DNA of 59,264 nucleotides, taken from a virus (taxonomy: Duplodnaviria; Caudoviricetes). Below the pieces are notes generated by a model, which saw only the letters and a program-made list of their open reading frames with translations, ran no database searches and was not told the origin of the DNA. Where the stretch lies: positions 1 to 59,264 of the IMG/VR virus record IMGVR_UViG_3300009481_000013. One strand, given 5' to 3'. The translations under genes were made by a program, and so were the position numbers. Each line of letters begins with the position of its first letter. Position 1 is the first letter of the stretch. Shown here in pieces: positions 34,548-43,067 of this stretch.

Positions 34548-34820
34548 GCTCGTGCTGCCGTCGAATGATAGATCGTAGCCAACCGTTCTAAGGGGAGTCT
34601 CAGCTGAACCTGTGGATTGAAAATGAAGCAGGGAGAAAGACGAACTGAAGTTTGAGGATCGATAGGAGAGGGATAGCTTCCTCAAAAATGTTCCTCACGG
34701 AAGGCGAGCCCTGGAGAGTAGGAAAAGGTGCGAAGAGTAAGCACTGAAGTACAAAATCCTAGCGTTGTCCGACTCAGACAATGCAAAAAAGGCTTAGGGT
34801 TAAATTCCCTACACGGGCGC
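34548..34820 (+). ncRNA. large (~270 nt) structured RNA closed by tRNA-like acceptor stem and T arm
   Basis: GCTCGTG/CACGGGC, TAGGG-TTAAATT-CCCTA, AGCC/GGCT, GAGTC/GACTC pseudoknot, followed by T8. Confidence 0.6.
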
Positions 34821-34842
34821 TTTTTTTTAACTGGAGATAAAT

Positions 34843-35460
34843 ATGAGTGCAAGTTTGCTTGGACATATGATGGAAGAATTGATTGCTGCTGGTGTTGAGA
34901 TTCACCTCACGCCAAAGAAATCAATCGATTCAGATGATGGCGGCAAGATGTCCGGCGCTTTCTCAGAAGATGATAAAATACTCGAAGTAGCCTCAGGAAG
35001 AGATGACTGTCTTCAAGTATTCGCACACGAATATTGTCACTTTAAACAATGGCAAGATGGACTTTTTGAAGACATTGAAGTTATTGCTGCATATTCGTGC
35101 TTTACTCCTTGGCTTTTGAGGCAAAGAGAGCTTTCTGAAGAACAACTTGAGCTTTTTATTCGTAAAATGCAATGGCTTGAGATGGAGAATGAAAAGAGGA
35201 CAGTAAAACTCTTGAAGAAGTTTAAAGTTGATTTTGATGAGGAAGAATATATCACCAAAACCAACATCTATATGCACTCATATGAGTTGTGTAAAAGAGT
35301 TCGTAAATGGCACAAGAAAGCACTTTATGATCTTCCTGAACTAATGGAACTAGTTTCAGGAGAAGAGTTTCTAAAAGAAGAAGATTTTGGTGAATTGCCA
35401 GAAGGATTTGAAGCGATAGCGATGCAATGCTACGACTTCACAAAGGAAGAAGAGGAATAA
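34843..35460 (+). CDS. zincin-like metallopeptidase
   Basis: FAHEYCHFKQW…LEMENE; GGAG RBS. Confidence 0.7.
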   Translation: MSASLLGHMMEELIAAGVEIHLTPKKSIDSDDGGKMSGAFSEDDKILEVASGRDDCLQVFAHEYCHFKQWQDGLFEDIEVIAAYSCFTPWLLRQRELSEEQLELFIRKMQWLEMENEKRTVKLLKKFKVDFDEEEYITKTNIYMHSYELCKRVRKWHKKALYDLPELMELVSGEEFLKEEDFGELPEGFEAIAMQCYDFTKEEEE

Positions 35461-35496
35461 AATGGACTATTATTATTGCTATAGACATTCACATAT

Positions 35497-35588
35497 GGAG
35501 TAGCTGTCAGAGACGGTGGACTGCGTCAGGCTGTAAACCTGAATCCTGTAATGGGACGCTGGGGGTTCGAATCCCTCCTACTTCACCA
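35497..35588 (+). tRNA. tRNA-Tyr(GUA)
   Basis: long variable arm, ACCA. Confidence 0.88.
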
Positions 35589-35618
35589 ACTGATAGCTAG
35601 AATGTCGAGCAATAATAT

Positions 35619-35706
35619 GGTGTTTGATCCCGAAGTGGTCGAGGGGCTGGACTGTGAATCCGGTTTCAGAAATGATAAGCGAGTTCGAGTCTCGTCATTC
35701 ACCCCA
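35619..35706 (+). tRNA. tRNA-His(GUG) with long variable arm
   Basis: G-1:C73, loop CT-GTG-AA, TCA-GAAA-TGA variable hairpin. Confidence 0.82.
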
Positions 35707-35718
35707 AATCAAATACGC

Positions 35719-35747
35719 TTGACAAGCGGAGGACAGTATGGTAGGTT
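35719..35747 (+). promoter_or_regulatory. sigma70-type promoter
   Basis: TTGACA-17-TAGGTT, TG extension. Confidence 0.65.
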
Positions 35748-35961
35748 TAAAGGTAATAGCACATTTTGCAAAGAAGCAGGATAGAGACTGGGTTCTCGTT
35801 GCTAAAGAAGGTGTTGTTGTGAAGGATTTTTTCTTACGTACTGGAAATCAGTCACTCTACCAAGTGGAGTATAAAGATGGAACTTTCGATAACTGTTGGA
35901 ATGACCAACTTGAGGTGATAGAAGAATAGATGGAAATTACTTGGGAAAAGTGAGTTAAGTA

Positions 35962-36147
35962 GTGTGGTATTGGCTATCGAACGTTAAAATGACAGTAGCT
36001 GTCAAAACAGATGAAAACGACAATATCGTAGAAAGCGCTCCAATCGTTCGAAGGTTCACTGGGCAAAACTTAGAAAACTTAGCAATGTGGATGAACAGAC
36101 AGAAGGGATTTGAGATAGAAGAAATGAAATGTGGGGATATGGCGTAA
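35962..36147 (+). CDS. hypothetical phage protein
   Basis: ORF …APIVRRFTGQ…. Confidence 0.5.
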   Translation: MWYWLSNVKMTVAVKTDENDNIVESAPIVRRFTGQNLENLAMWMNRQKGFEIEEMKCGDMA

Positions 36148-36217
36148 TTGGTAGGCGCGTCGGGTTTAAGTTCTGATGTCTTCGGGCGTGTGGGTTCGAG
36201 TCCCACTATCCCTACCA
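36133..36217 (+). tRNA. tRNA-Leu(UAA)
   Basis: long variable arm, ACCA. Confidence 0.9.
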
Positions 36218-36230
36218 CAAAAAATAATAT

Positions 36231-36306
36231 GGGCTAGTATTCCAACGGCAGAGAAAATCGTTTCAAACGCGATCCAGTGAGGGTTCGAATCCCTCTTAGC
36301 CTACCA
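36231..36306 (+). tRNA. tRNA-Leu(CAA) lacking long variable arm
   Basis: ATCGT-TTCAAAC-GCGAT, 5-nt variable loop, ACCA. Confidence 0.8.
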
Positions 36307-36317
36307 AAGAGGAAAGT

Positions 36318-36704
36318 ATGAAGTATATTGACACGATGTTACTGGTTTGGATCTGGGCAATTCTATTACCCACCTGCTTCATTGAGCCTGTTCACATTGA
36401 AGAGCCAGACGCTGGAACACCTTCAAGAACAGTCATACTTCCACCATTCGCTATCACATGGGGTGAACCAGATGCAAACGATATTGACCTTGTTCAAGAC
36501 AGCGGTACTGTTGACAGTGGTTATGATGGCGGTTTGGACTTGGATGCAGGTAGCGATAGTGATTCGGGTCCTGTATTGGGTGACTCAGGGGTCCTAGAAG
36601 ACTCTGGTTGCGATTCTGACGATGATTCAGATAGTGATTCTGACGATGATTCTGACGATGATTCAGATAGTGATTCTGACAACCATCATGGACATCATCA
36701 TTGA
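36318..36704 (+). CDS. exported Asp/Ser/Gly-rich low-complexity protein
   Basis: hydrophobic N-terminus, DAG/DSG repeats, DSDD repeats, His tail. Confidence 0.65.
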   Translation: MKYIDTMLLVWIWAILLPTCFIEPVHIEEPDAGTPSRTVILPPFAITWGEPDANDIDLVQDSGTVDSGYDGGLDLDAGSDSDSGPVLGDSGVLEDSGCDSDDDSDSDSDDDSDDDSDSDSDNHHGHHH

Positions 36705-37222
36705 AGCAAGGAAGATTAATGTTAGACGAAAAAGCAGTTGAAGAGTCAGATTTCTTGAAACTTGGAGAGGCTCTAAGAGATCCAAAGTTTCTAGAGGTAA
36801 TGGTAAAGAAATGCCAGCTTGAAAACAAGGTCCGCGTCATTCCCGATAGAGAAACAGACGAACCCTATCTTGTACGCTACTATCTTCAAAACTTCAGACC
36901 GTTTGGACGTATTGTAATGCACAACGTACTTAGGTCAGATATTGATGGATTACACGATCATCCTTGGGGATTTCAAAACTACATCATTCGTGGTGGATAT
37001 TGGGAAACCAATCAAGAAGGAAGATTCTGGCGCCCAGCTGGCTACAGCGCCACAAGAGCCTCTGATTATATGCATCGTCTTGAGATTGATCCAGCTAAGG
37101 CGCTTGATGAAACTTGGACGCTATTTATGATGGGTCCTAAGGAAAAAGACTGGGGATTTCTCAATGAAGGTAAAGAATGGGTTCAATGGGAAAAACACCT
37201 AGCAAATAGAAAGAAGAAGTAA
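36701..37222 (+). CDS. cupin-like protein
   Basis: PYLVRYY…LHDHPW…GGYWE…HRLEI…WTLF. Confidence 0.75.
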   Translation: MKQGRLMLDEKAVEESDFLKLGEALRDPKFLEVMVKKCQLENKVRVIPDRETDEPYLVRYYLQNFRPFGRIVMHNVLRSDIDGLHDHPWGFQNYIIRGGYWETNQEGRFWRPAGYSATRASDYMHRLEIDPAKALDETWTLFMMGPKEKDWGFLNEGKEWVQWEKHLANRKKK

Positions 37223-37225
37223 TAT

Positions 37226-37296
37226 ATTCGGGGTGCTGGGCACAGGAAAGCCTCCAAAACTATCCTTGCTGGGTTCGATTCCCAGACCGTTTGCAA
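37226..37296 (+). tRNA. tRNA-Trp(CCA), degenerate
   Basis: CT-CCA-AA loop, intact T arm, short D arm, poor acceptor stem. Confidence 0.55.
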
Positions 37297-37315
37297 AACC
37301 TTAGGAGGTTGAATT

Positions 37316-37786
37316 TTGTCTTTAGTTTATCTAGCAGGTCCCATCAGCGAGCTATCATACGATGATTGCACTGGTTGGCGAGAGTACGCAAAGAAAGAAC
37401 TAGCAAAAGCTGGCATTACAGGGTTAAACCCTTTGAGAGCAAAAGAATATCTTCAGAATGAAACTTCAATGCCAGACGCTGTAGGACAGATGAAGAGCGA
37501 TCATCCATTAGCTCACGTACTCAGCAGTAGAAAAGGCATCACAACTAGAGACAGATGGGACTGTACCCGATGTGACGTTGTGATTGCTAACCTTTTAGGA
37601 GCGAAGAAGCCGTCCATTGGAACGTGTATGGAAATCGCTTGGGCTGACTTGAATAGAATCCCAGTAATTCTAGTTGAAGAAGAAGGTGGATTCCACGATC
37701 ACGCAATGATTGCAGATTGTGTTGGATTCACAGTTCCAAATCTTGAGCAGGCACTAGAGCTTGCAAAGGCGTTGTTGCAGTCATGA
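37316..37786 (+). CDS. nucleoside 2-deoxyribosyltransferase-like protein
   Basis: VYLAGPI…NP…CDVVIANL…SIGTCMEI; AGGAGG RBS. Confidence 0.82.
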   Translation: MSLVYLAGPISELSYDDCTGWREYAKKELAKAGITGLNPLRAKEYLQNETSMPDAVGQMKSDHPLAHVLSSRKGITTRDRWDCTRCDVVIANLLGAKKPSIGTCMEIAWADLNRIPVILVEEEGGFHDHAMIADCVGFTVPNLEQALELAKALLQS

Positions 37787-37989
37787 GAATGTATCACTAC
37801 AAAAAACTACCAGAAGGCGCCATTACTCACTTTGAGTTTGGTTATGAACAGATTGGCTTCATTACCTTAAAGAATCAACTTGTTAAAGTTGAATATAAAT
37901 ATGATGGGTTGGGATATTTGCAAGTCGATCCTGATACTACAAAGTACGGTCCAGTTGATGCTCCAGTTTTTAGGAAGAAAGCTAATTAG
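37783..37989 (+). CDS. hypothetical protein
   Basis: coupled ORF. Confidence 0.5.
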   Translation: MRMYHYKKLPEGAITHFEFGYEQIGFITLKNQLVKVEYKYDGLGYLQVDPDTTKYGPVDAPVFRKKAN

Positions 37990-37992
37990 AAC

Positions 37993-38151
37993 GTGATTGT
38001 ATGTGTTTGTAACGCAATAAACGAAGAAGAACTCGACGACGCTGTACAATGTGGGTGCAGCGCTGTAGAAGATGTTTGGAAACACTTTAAATGCCAAAAA
38101 CGTTGTGGTATATGTGTAGAGAGCATTGAAAAAAAGTTAGATACTGACTAG
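37993..38151 (+). CDS. bfd: Bfd-like (2Fe-2S) ferredoxin (52 aa, below ORF-track cutoff)
   Basis: MIVCVCNAI…CGIC pattern; GTG start 4 nt after CTAATTA. Confidence 0.75.
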   Translation: MIVCVCNAINEEELDDAVQCGCSAVEDVWKHFKCQKRCGICVESIEKKLDTD

Positions 38152-38191
38152 TCAAAAAGTTTTTGTTCTTTAAGAGCACTACTTACGGTAG

Positions 38192-38548
38192 ATGCCCACC
38201 TTTAACGAACGAGCTTGGCGAAAGCTAGTATTAACTACACAATTTCCTGTACAAAATATAAGCGGTTCAACATTATCAGTTAATACTCTCAGCGGTTCTT
38301 CGCTGACTGTATCAACTGCTAGTGGTTCTTCGTTATCTGTTAGCAATGCTAGTGGTTCGTCGCTTAATGTTACAACTGCCAGCGGCTCCTATGTTTCTGC
38401 AAGTATTTCGAGCAGTGCAGCAAATGCTGTTCACGTTGCTTTGCCTATTGATCACAATATTGAACTAATGTGTACGCTAAATCAACTTCTTGAAGAACAA
38501 AAGAAAACTAATCTCTATTTATCAGAGATAGTGGGTGACACATTTTAA
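38192..38548 (+). CDS. probable virion protein with SGS repeats
   Basis: five 10-aa xSGSxLxVxx repeats. Confidence 0.6.
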   Translation: MPTFNERAWRKLVLTTQFPVQNISGSTLSVNTLSGSSLTVSTASGSSLSVSNASGSSLNVTTASGSYVSASISSSAANAVHVALPIDHNIELMCTLNQLLEEQKKTNLYLSEIVGDTF

Positions 38549-38563
38549 ATGAGGGTTTAAACA

Positions 38564-39148
38564 ATGATCTTGGAAGACGGAACAGGTACAGGCAGTAGGT
38601 TAAAAATTGATTCAGAAAATAGAATGTGGGCTCGTGTTATCACTGAATCCGAAGCACAACACGCTAGTGAAGAAGGCGATGCTTACAATATTAATACTGG
38701 AATAATGTTGGTGACTGGCTCTACGACTATCGCAGGTTTATATATTAAGAATACAGAAACAAGAAACCTTATCATTGAAGCAGTCGCTGTCGGAATTGGC
38801 ACAGGTTCTGCTCTAAATCCAGCAGTTGTCAGAATCGTTAGAGCACCAACACTCGGAACTATTATTTCTGATGCTAATGTTGTTGATATGAATGCTAATA
38901 GAAATTTTAACTCAAGTAAAACTTTATCATCACTCGCCTATAAAGGATCACTTGGTTCAACTTTTACTGATGGTGCTCCTGTTGCTCAGTTTTTCCAAAC
39001 TCACAATGGTCGCTTGTTTGCAACTATAAATTTTATTCTTCCTCAAGGTACTGCTATGGGTGTTTCAATCAACCCAAACCTTACGGCTGGCACATCTTCA
39101 GTTTATATTGCTGCTATTGTTAATTTAGCTCCTATTGTTGGTTCATAG
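38564..39148 (+). CDS. probable virion structural protein
   Basis: ILEDGTGTG N-terminus, G/S/T-rich beta composition. Confidence 0.6.
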   Translation: MILEDGTGTGSRLKIDSENRMWARVITESEAQHASEEGDAYNINTGIMLVTGSTTIAGLYIKNTETRNLIIEAVAVGIGTGSALNPAVVRIVRAPTLGTIISDANVVDMNANRNFNSSKTLSSLAYKGSLGSTFTDGAPVAQFFQTHNGRLFATINFILPQGTAMGVSINPNLTAGTSSVYIAAIVNLAPIVGS

Positions 39149-39163
39149 TAAAAGGGGTTTATA

Positions 39164-40261
39164 ATGTCGTTAAAATCTATCATTGAAGATGGAAATGGCT
39201 CAGGATTAAAAGCAACAGTAGATAATGTTCCAGGTGACGGACAGAACGGTCTTGTTGTTCTTACGACTCCTTTGTTGGAGCTTTATCCTAAAACAAAATT
39301 CTTCACCAATCCAGAATACGGCGTTTCTATGGTACAGAGCGCTTCTTTGTCTGGCGCTCCCAAAAACATTCACAACGGAAATGACACAGGTCTTTGGGTT
39401 GGCTCTTCTATCGTCGGCGCTAAATTTAATTTTAGTTCAACAGATATAGCTTTTGAAGGCACCAGCAGCGTCCACGCTAACTCTCCATCTGTTGGGGACA
39501 TAATGCAATTTGCTAGTGGCAGCGCATTCACAGTTTCTGACTATGGTGCTCTTACTTTTCATATTAACGTTGACAGAAGGTGGACCACCGATTCGGTTTC
39601 AATCTATGGTTGGGATACAAATTCTGGCTCTATTGTTGGAAACAAGGTTTTGTTAGAAGATTATTTTGTTCAAAACGATTTTGATGTTTGGCAAACTGTT
39701 ACTATTCCGCTCGTTTCGATGGGACTTGGCGGTGATGAGATTATTGACTCTATTAGAATCGAAGGCGAATCAAACACAGGAAGAGGACCAGAATATTATC
39801 TAGACAAAATCGCATTAAAAGGAACTTCCACTTCTACACCTCTTTGTTATACAGCGAAACCTTCTCCAGGGACAAGATATCACGTTAATGCTTTTAGGCT
39901 TATTATCGGAAATAACATTTCAGGCTCCGTTACAAATGGGACCATGACAGGCTTATCATATGATAAATTTATAGGAATGAATGAACTTTCAGGTGGCTTG
40001 AACATTCAAAGAATTCTTAATGAAAGTGCTGATTTTACAGGACGCTTCACTACCACAAGCGATTTGATGTTTGCTGGCTTGAGAAATATTGACTCTATTA
40101 GTGATGGAACCAATTCTCTCTTTATTTATGAATTTGAGTTTCATACTCCAAGTATCTTAGATTCTAGAACAAATGACAGAATAGAGATTACTTTGAACGA
40201 TGATATGACAGATTTGACCTATTTGCGTGCTACATTGCTTGGATCTGAAGAATTCCTCTAA
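39164..40261 (+). CDS. probable virion structural protein with carbohydrate-binding-like domain
   Basis: IIEDGNGSG N-terminus; WQTVTIPL…YLDKI jelly-roll-like. Confidence 0.6.
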   Translation: MSLKSIIEDGNGSGLKATVDNVPGDGQNGLVVLTTPLLELYPKTKFFTNPEYGVSMVQSASLSGAPKNIHNGNDTGLWVGSSIVGAKFNFSSTDIAFEGTSSVHANSPSVGDIMQFASGSAFTVSDYGALTFHINVDRRWTTDSVSIYGWDTNSGSIVGNKVLLEDYFVQNDFDVWQTVTIPLVSMGLGGDEIIDSIRIEGESNTGRGPEYYLDKIALKGTSTSTPLCYTAKPSPGTRYHVNAFRLIIGNNISGSVTNGTMTGLSYDKFIGMNELSGGLNIQRILNESADFTGRFTTTSDLMFAGLRNIDSISDGTNSLFIYEFEFHTPSILDSRTNDRIEITLNDDMTDLTYLRATLLGSEEFL

Positions 40262-40268
40262 TGAGTAC

Positions 40269-40297
40269 TTGACAAAGGTGAAATGAACTGATAGGAT
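40269..40297 (+). promoter_or_regulatory. sigma70-type promoter
   Basis: TTGACA-17-TAGGAT. Confidence 0.75.
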
Positions 40298-40321
40298 ATT
40301 GTTCTCGCGAAAGGTATTAAA

Positions 40322-40729
40322 GTGAAAACGATTTTGATGATTTGTGTGTTGTGTTTCATTAGTGGAGTTGTAGAGGCAAAGCCACTCCCCACTAACGCTG
40401 AAAAGATTGAAGAGAAGCTTTGTCAAGATGAAGCAGCGCTTCAACAGGCAGAAAATGCTCAATGGTATCAAAGCGGCTGGGTGTGGATTGGTGGCGCTTT
40501 TCTTGCCACAGGTCTTTTTACTACAGTCCTCAGCGCTGTTCTCCTTCCTTTCACTGCGGGTGCTAGTTTGAGTCTAAGTTTGATGGGCTGCGGATTCCTT
40601 ACCTCGGCTGCATTCGATATTTGGTTTGGATTGTGGTTGCAAGGTCACGAACGCGACATGGCTAAAAAGTGCCAAGAGAAGAAAAAAGCTCCTAAAAATA
40701 CGAAAACGACAATGACAATGGTTTATTAG
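40322..40729 (+). CDS. membrane protein
   Basis: signal peptide plus two hydrophobic segments. Confidence 0.65.
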   Translation: MKTILMICVLCFISGVVEAKPLPTNAEKIEEKLCQDEAALQQAENAQWYQSGWVWIGGAFLATGLFTTVLSAVLLPFTAGASLSLSLMGCGFLTSAAFDIWFGLWLQGHERDMAKKCQEKKKAPKNTKTTMTMVY

Positions 40730-40732
40730 GGC

Positions 40733-40761
40733 TTGACAAAGGCGAAATGATCTGTTAAGAT
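40733..40761 (+). promoter_or_regulatory. sigma70-type promoter
   Basis: TTGACA-17-TAAGAT. Confidence 0.8.
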
Positions 40762-40769
40762 CTACTTAG

Positions 40770-40962
40770 AAGAGACATAGCCGAAACATTCAAACGGATG
40801 TACCAAGTGGGATAGGCTCCCTTGGCTGAAGAGGCAAGCCTAAACGAAAGGGAGGAGATACAAATGAAAAACGATTCACAAGAGCTATATGTTAAGCGAC
40901 TGGAGAACGGTCTTCTCCCACTACCCGCGTAGGGTATATCACTTACATAAGAGATGTTTCTT
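40770..40962 (+). ncRNA. candidate structured ncRNA (~190 nt)
   Basis: AAGAGACAT/ATGTTTCTT closing stem plus internal helices; starts right after promoter. Confidence 0.55.
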
Positions 40963-40972
40963 GCACACTTAA

Positions 40973-41048
40973 CAGAGTATGAGAAAGCCTGGTATTCATC
41001 GTCCCCTGGAAGGACGAAACGCACGTTCAAATCGTGTCACTCTGACCA
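40973..41048 (+). tRNA. tRNA-Pro(UGG)
   Basis: CGTCC-CCTGGAA-GGACG, ACCA. Confidence 0.75.
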
Positions 41049-41118
41049 CGCTAAGTGCTTGAAAACATTGAAGAAACAAGATTTATGAGATGTAGCTCAG
41101 TTCGGCACTACTTACTGT

Positions 41119-41628
41119 ATGAACCAAGCTGAACTACAAGCTTTAATTGAAAAAGATTTCACGTTAAAGCAAATTACGAAAGAAACCGGGAAAGCTTCTA
41201 CAACTATACGATATTGGATTAAGAAGTACGGATTAAAACTGAAGAGGGGTCGACGCGGAAAACACCCAAAAGATTTTGTTGTTCAAAGAAGTTGTACTTG
41301 TGGTGAGACCAACCCTGACAAGTTTTACGGAAACAAAAAAAGTATCTGCGGTAAATGTCACAACAAGTATACCCTAGAAAAAGGAAGAGAAAACAGAAAG
41401 AAATCTATTGAATATCTTGGTGGTGAATGTGTGATTTGTAGTTGGAAAAAGTTTGGAAGTGGTTTTGACATTCACCATGTGGATCCAAATGAGAAAGATG
41501 TTGCCTTTGCTTCGATGAGAAGTTGGTGTTGGGAGCGAACGAAAAAAGAACTTGACAAATGTGTTCTTCTATGCAAATGTTGTCATGCGGGTGTTCATAG
41601 TAACGATTTGAAAATAGACCAGAATTAG
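41119..41628 (+). CDS. HNH homing endonuclease with N-terminal HTH
   Basis: TTIRYWIKKYG; CVIC…DIHHVDP…CVLLCKCCH. Confidence 0.85.
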   Translation: MNQAELQALIEKDFTLKQITKETGKASTTIRYWIKKYGLKLKRGRRGKHPKDFVVQRSCTCGETNPDKFYGNKKSICGKCHNKYTLEKGRENRKKSIEYLGGECVICSWKKFGSGFDIHHVDPNEKDVAFASMRSWCWERTKKELDKCVLLCKCCHAGVHSNDLKIDQN

Positions 41629-41696
41629 CGAAGCTTGGTTATCGCGTCTGCTTTGGGAGTAGAAGATCGTAGGTTCAAATCCTACATTCTGGACCA
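41619..41696 (+). tRNA. tRNA-Pro(UGG)
   Basis: cloverleaf overlapping HNH stop codon, ACCA. Confidence 0.88.
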
Positions 41697-41721
41697 AATT
41701 GAATGAAAACAAGGAGTTAGA

Positions 41722-42090
41722 GTGTATATTGTTCATCTGAATTTGCGATTTCTCGGTGATGATCAAAACAGTTTTGATTTTTATGAGAAAACGTTTACTG
41801 ACTTGGAGAATGAAATTGAGAAAAAACTTTCTCTCAGAATAGAGTATTACAAGAACGCCATAGTTACAACTAACGTTCTGTATGTTGATAAAATTACAGG
41901 CAAGCCTGAAATTCTTAATGGAGGAGGTCATTGGGTACATCCGATCCATGAGCTTCCTCCTCAATCAGTAAAGGATATTTATAATTCTATTTCTCAAATG
42001 AGCGATTGGTATATGCCTCCTAACCTTCCTGATTGTGAACATATGGATGTAGGTGCTCATCTAGACTCTATTTTGAGTTCTATTAGATAA
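41722..42090 (+). CDS. hypothetical protein
   Basis: AAGGAG RBS. Confidence 0.55.
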   Translation: MYIVHLNLRFLGDDQNSFDFYEKTFTDLENEIEKKLSLRIEYYKNAIVTTNVLYVDKITGKPEILNGGGHWVHPIHELPPQSVKDIYNSISQMSDWYMPPNLPDCEHMDVGAHLDSILSSIR

Positions 42091-42105
42091 GATAGAAGAG
42101 GACTA

Positions 42106-42339
42106 ATGGCAAAACGCATTGAAATTGATGGCAAGTTCTATAGGATGAGACGTGGAACGCTTGTAGAGATTCCTAGCGAATGGGTGGGCAATACTACTCA
42201 TCCACAAACCATCCGCAAGCGCCAGTCTAAACAGACAGGCAAATCTAGGCGCAAAGGCAATTGGGGTAGCAAATACCGCGAACGATTGCCCTCGCGAATG
42301 GAAGAGAACAAAGGTCCCATCGAAGAAGGATTAGAATGA
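42106..42339 (+). CDS. basic hypothetical protein
   Basis: GAGGA RBS. Confidence 0.55.
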   Translation: MAKRIEIDGKFYRMRRGTLVEIPSEWVGNTTHPQTIRKRQSKQTGKSRRKGNWGSKYRERLPSRMEENKGPIEEGLE

Positions 42340-42626
42340 CAAGCAAGAACACTGATTGGTATTGGGACGAAGAGGAAAATAAGTATGTGCTGTTGGCAGG
42401 CGCGCTTACAGTTGAGTTAACTAAGCAACTTGCAGCAACAACAAGATCTATTTGGAAACTTGAAATTAACTGTGTGCCCAATTCTATCTATTACATCTAT
42501 CCTAAAGGAACAGAGGAAGAAGAAGATTTGCTAGAAGAAGCTGCGGAAAGAGCCATAAGTGTTATTGAGAATCGTATTGGAGCAATGCACTCTTACATAG
42601 ACATACTCAAGTATGTAAAGGATTAG
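42336..42626 (+). CDS. hypothetical protein
   Basis: coupled ORF. Confidence 0.55.
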   Translation: MTSKNTDWYWDEEENKYVLLAGALTVELTKQLAATTRSIWKLEINCVPNSIYYIYPKGTEEEEDLLEEAAERAISVIENRIGAMHSYIDILKYVKD

Positions 42627-42627
42627 A

Positions 42628-42849
42628 ATGACAACTAAAAAAGAAGATTCGTTTGATACATTTCCTTTTGCTGTTATAGGCGTAATGTTTATAATTTCTC
42701 TCATTTCGATAGGAACGATGTTCATCGTTGACTACAATGAACCCGAACGAGTAAGATGCGTAAAAGTAGCCAAACGCGGCTGTTCCAATGTTGATGAGAG
42801 TGGAGACTTTGGCGCTTGTATTGCTAAGGCTTGCGGAGAAGCTAAATGA
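42628..42849 (+). CDS. small membrane protein
   Basis: one TM helix, Cys-rich tail. Confidence 0.55.
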   Translation: MTTKKEDSFDTFPFAVIGVMFIISLISIGTMFIVDYNEPERVRCVKVAKRGCSNVDESGDFGACIAKACGEAK

Positions 42850-43058
42850 AAACAATTGCCCTCCTCGCTCTCGCACTCTCCCTTAACGGTTGTTGCTGTT
42901 GGGGACTTGGAGTAAAAGTCAGTGAGTCTTATGATTGTTTCGATAGCCAAAGAGAAGCTTATTGTCTTGAAGCAAAGACAGAAGAGGAGAAGATAGATTG
43001 TTTCGGAGAACTTCAGGAGAGATGTGTTCACGAGTCTTTGACAGGAAAGTTTGATTAA
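42846..43058 (+). CDS. small lipoprotein
   Basis: MKTIALLALALSLNGC lipobox. Confidence 0.6.
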   Translation: MKTIALLALALSLNGCCCWGLGVKVSESYDCFDSQREAYCLEAKTEEEKIDCFGELQERCVHESLTGKFD

Positions 43059-43067
43059 GTAATTTGT

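Noticed and set aside
34548-34820. RNase P RNA or second tmRNA
   Set aside because: No GAGGAAAGUCC/P4 complement, no G3:U70 in the right orientation and no degradation tag
26142-36306. Suppressor tRNAs / stop-codon recoding (TTA at 26173, TCA at 36263)
   Set aside because: Stem register gives TAT and CAA anticodons; TAA, TAG and TGA all end genes and coding density is high under the standard code
40815-40855. Hammerhead-like CTGAAGA…GAAA core
   Set aside because: Only 2 nt lie between the putative UH site and CTGAAGA, so stem I cannot form; better explained as nested hairpins
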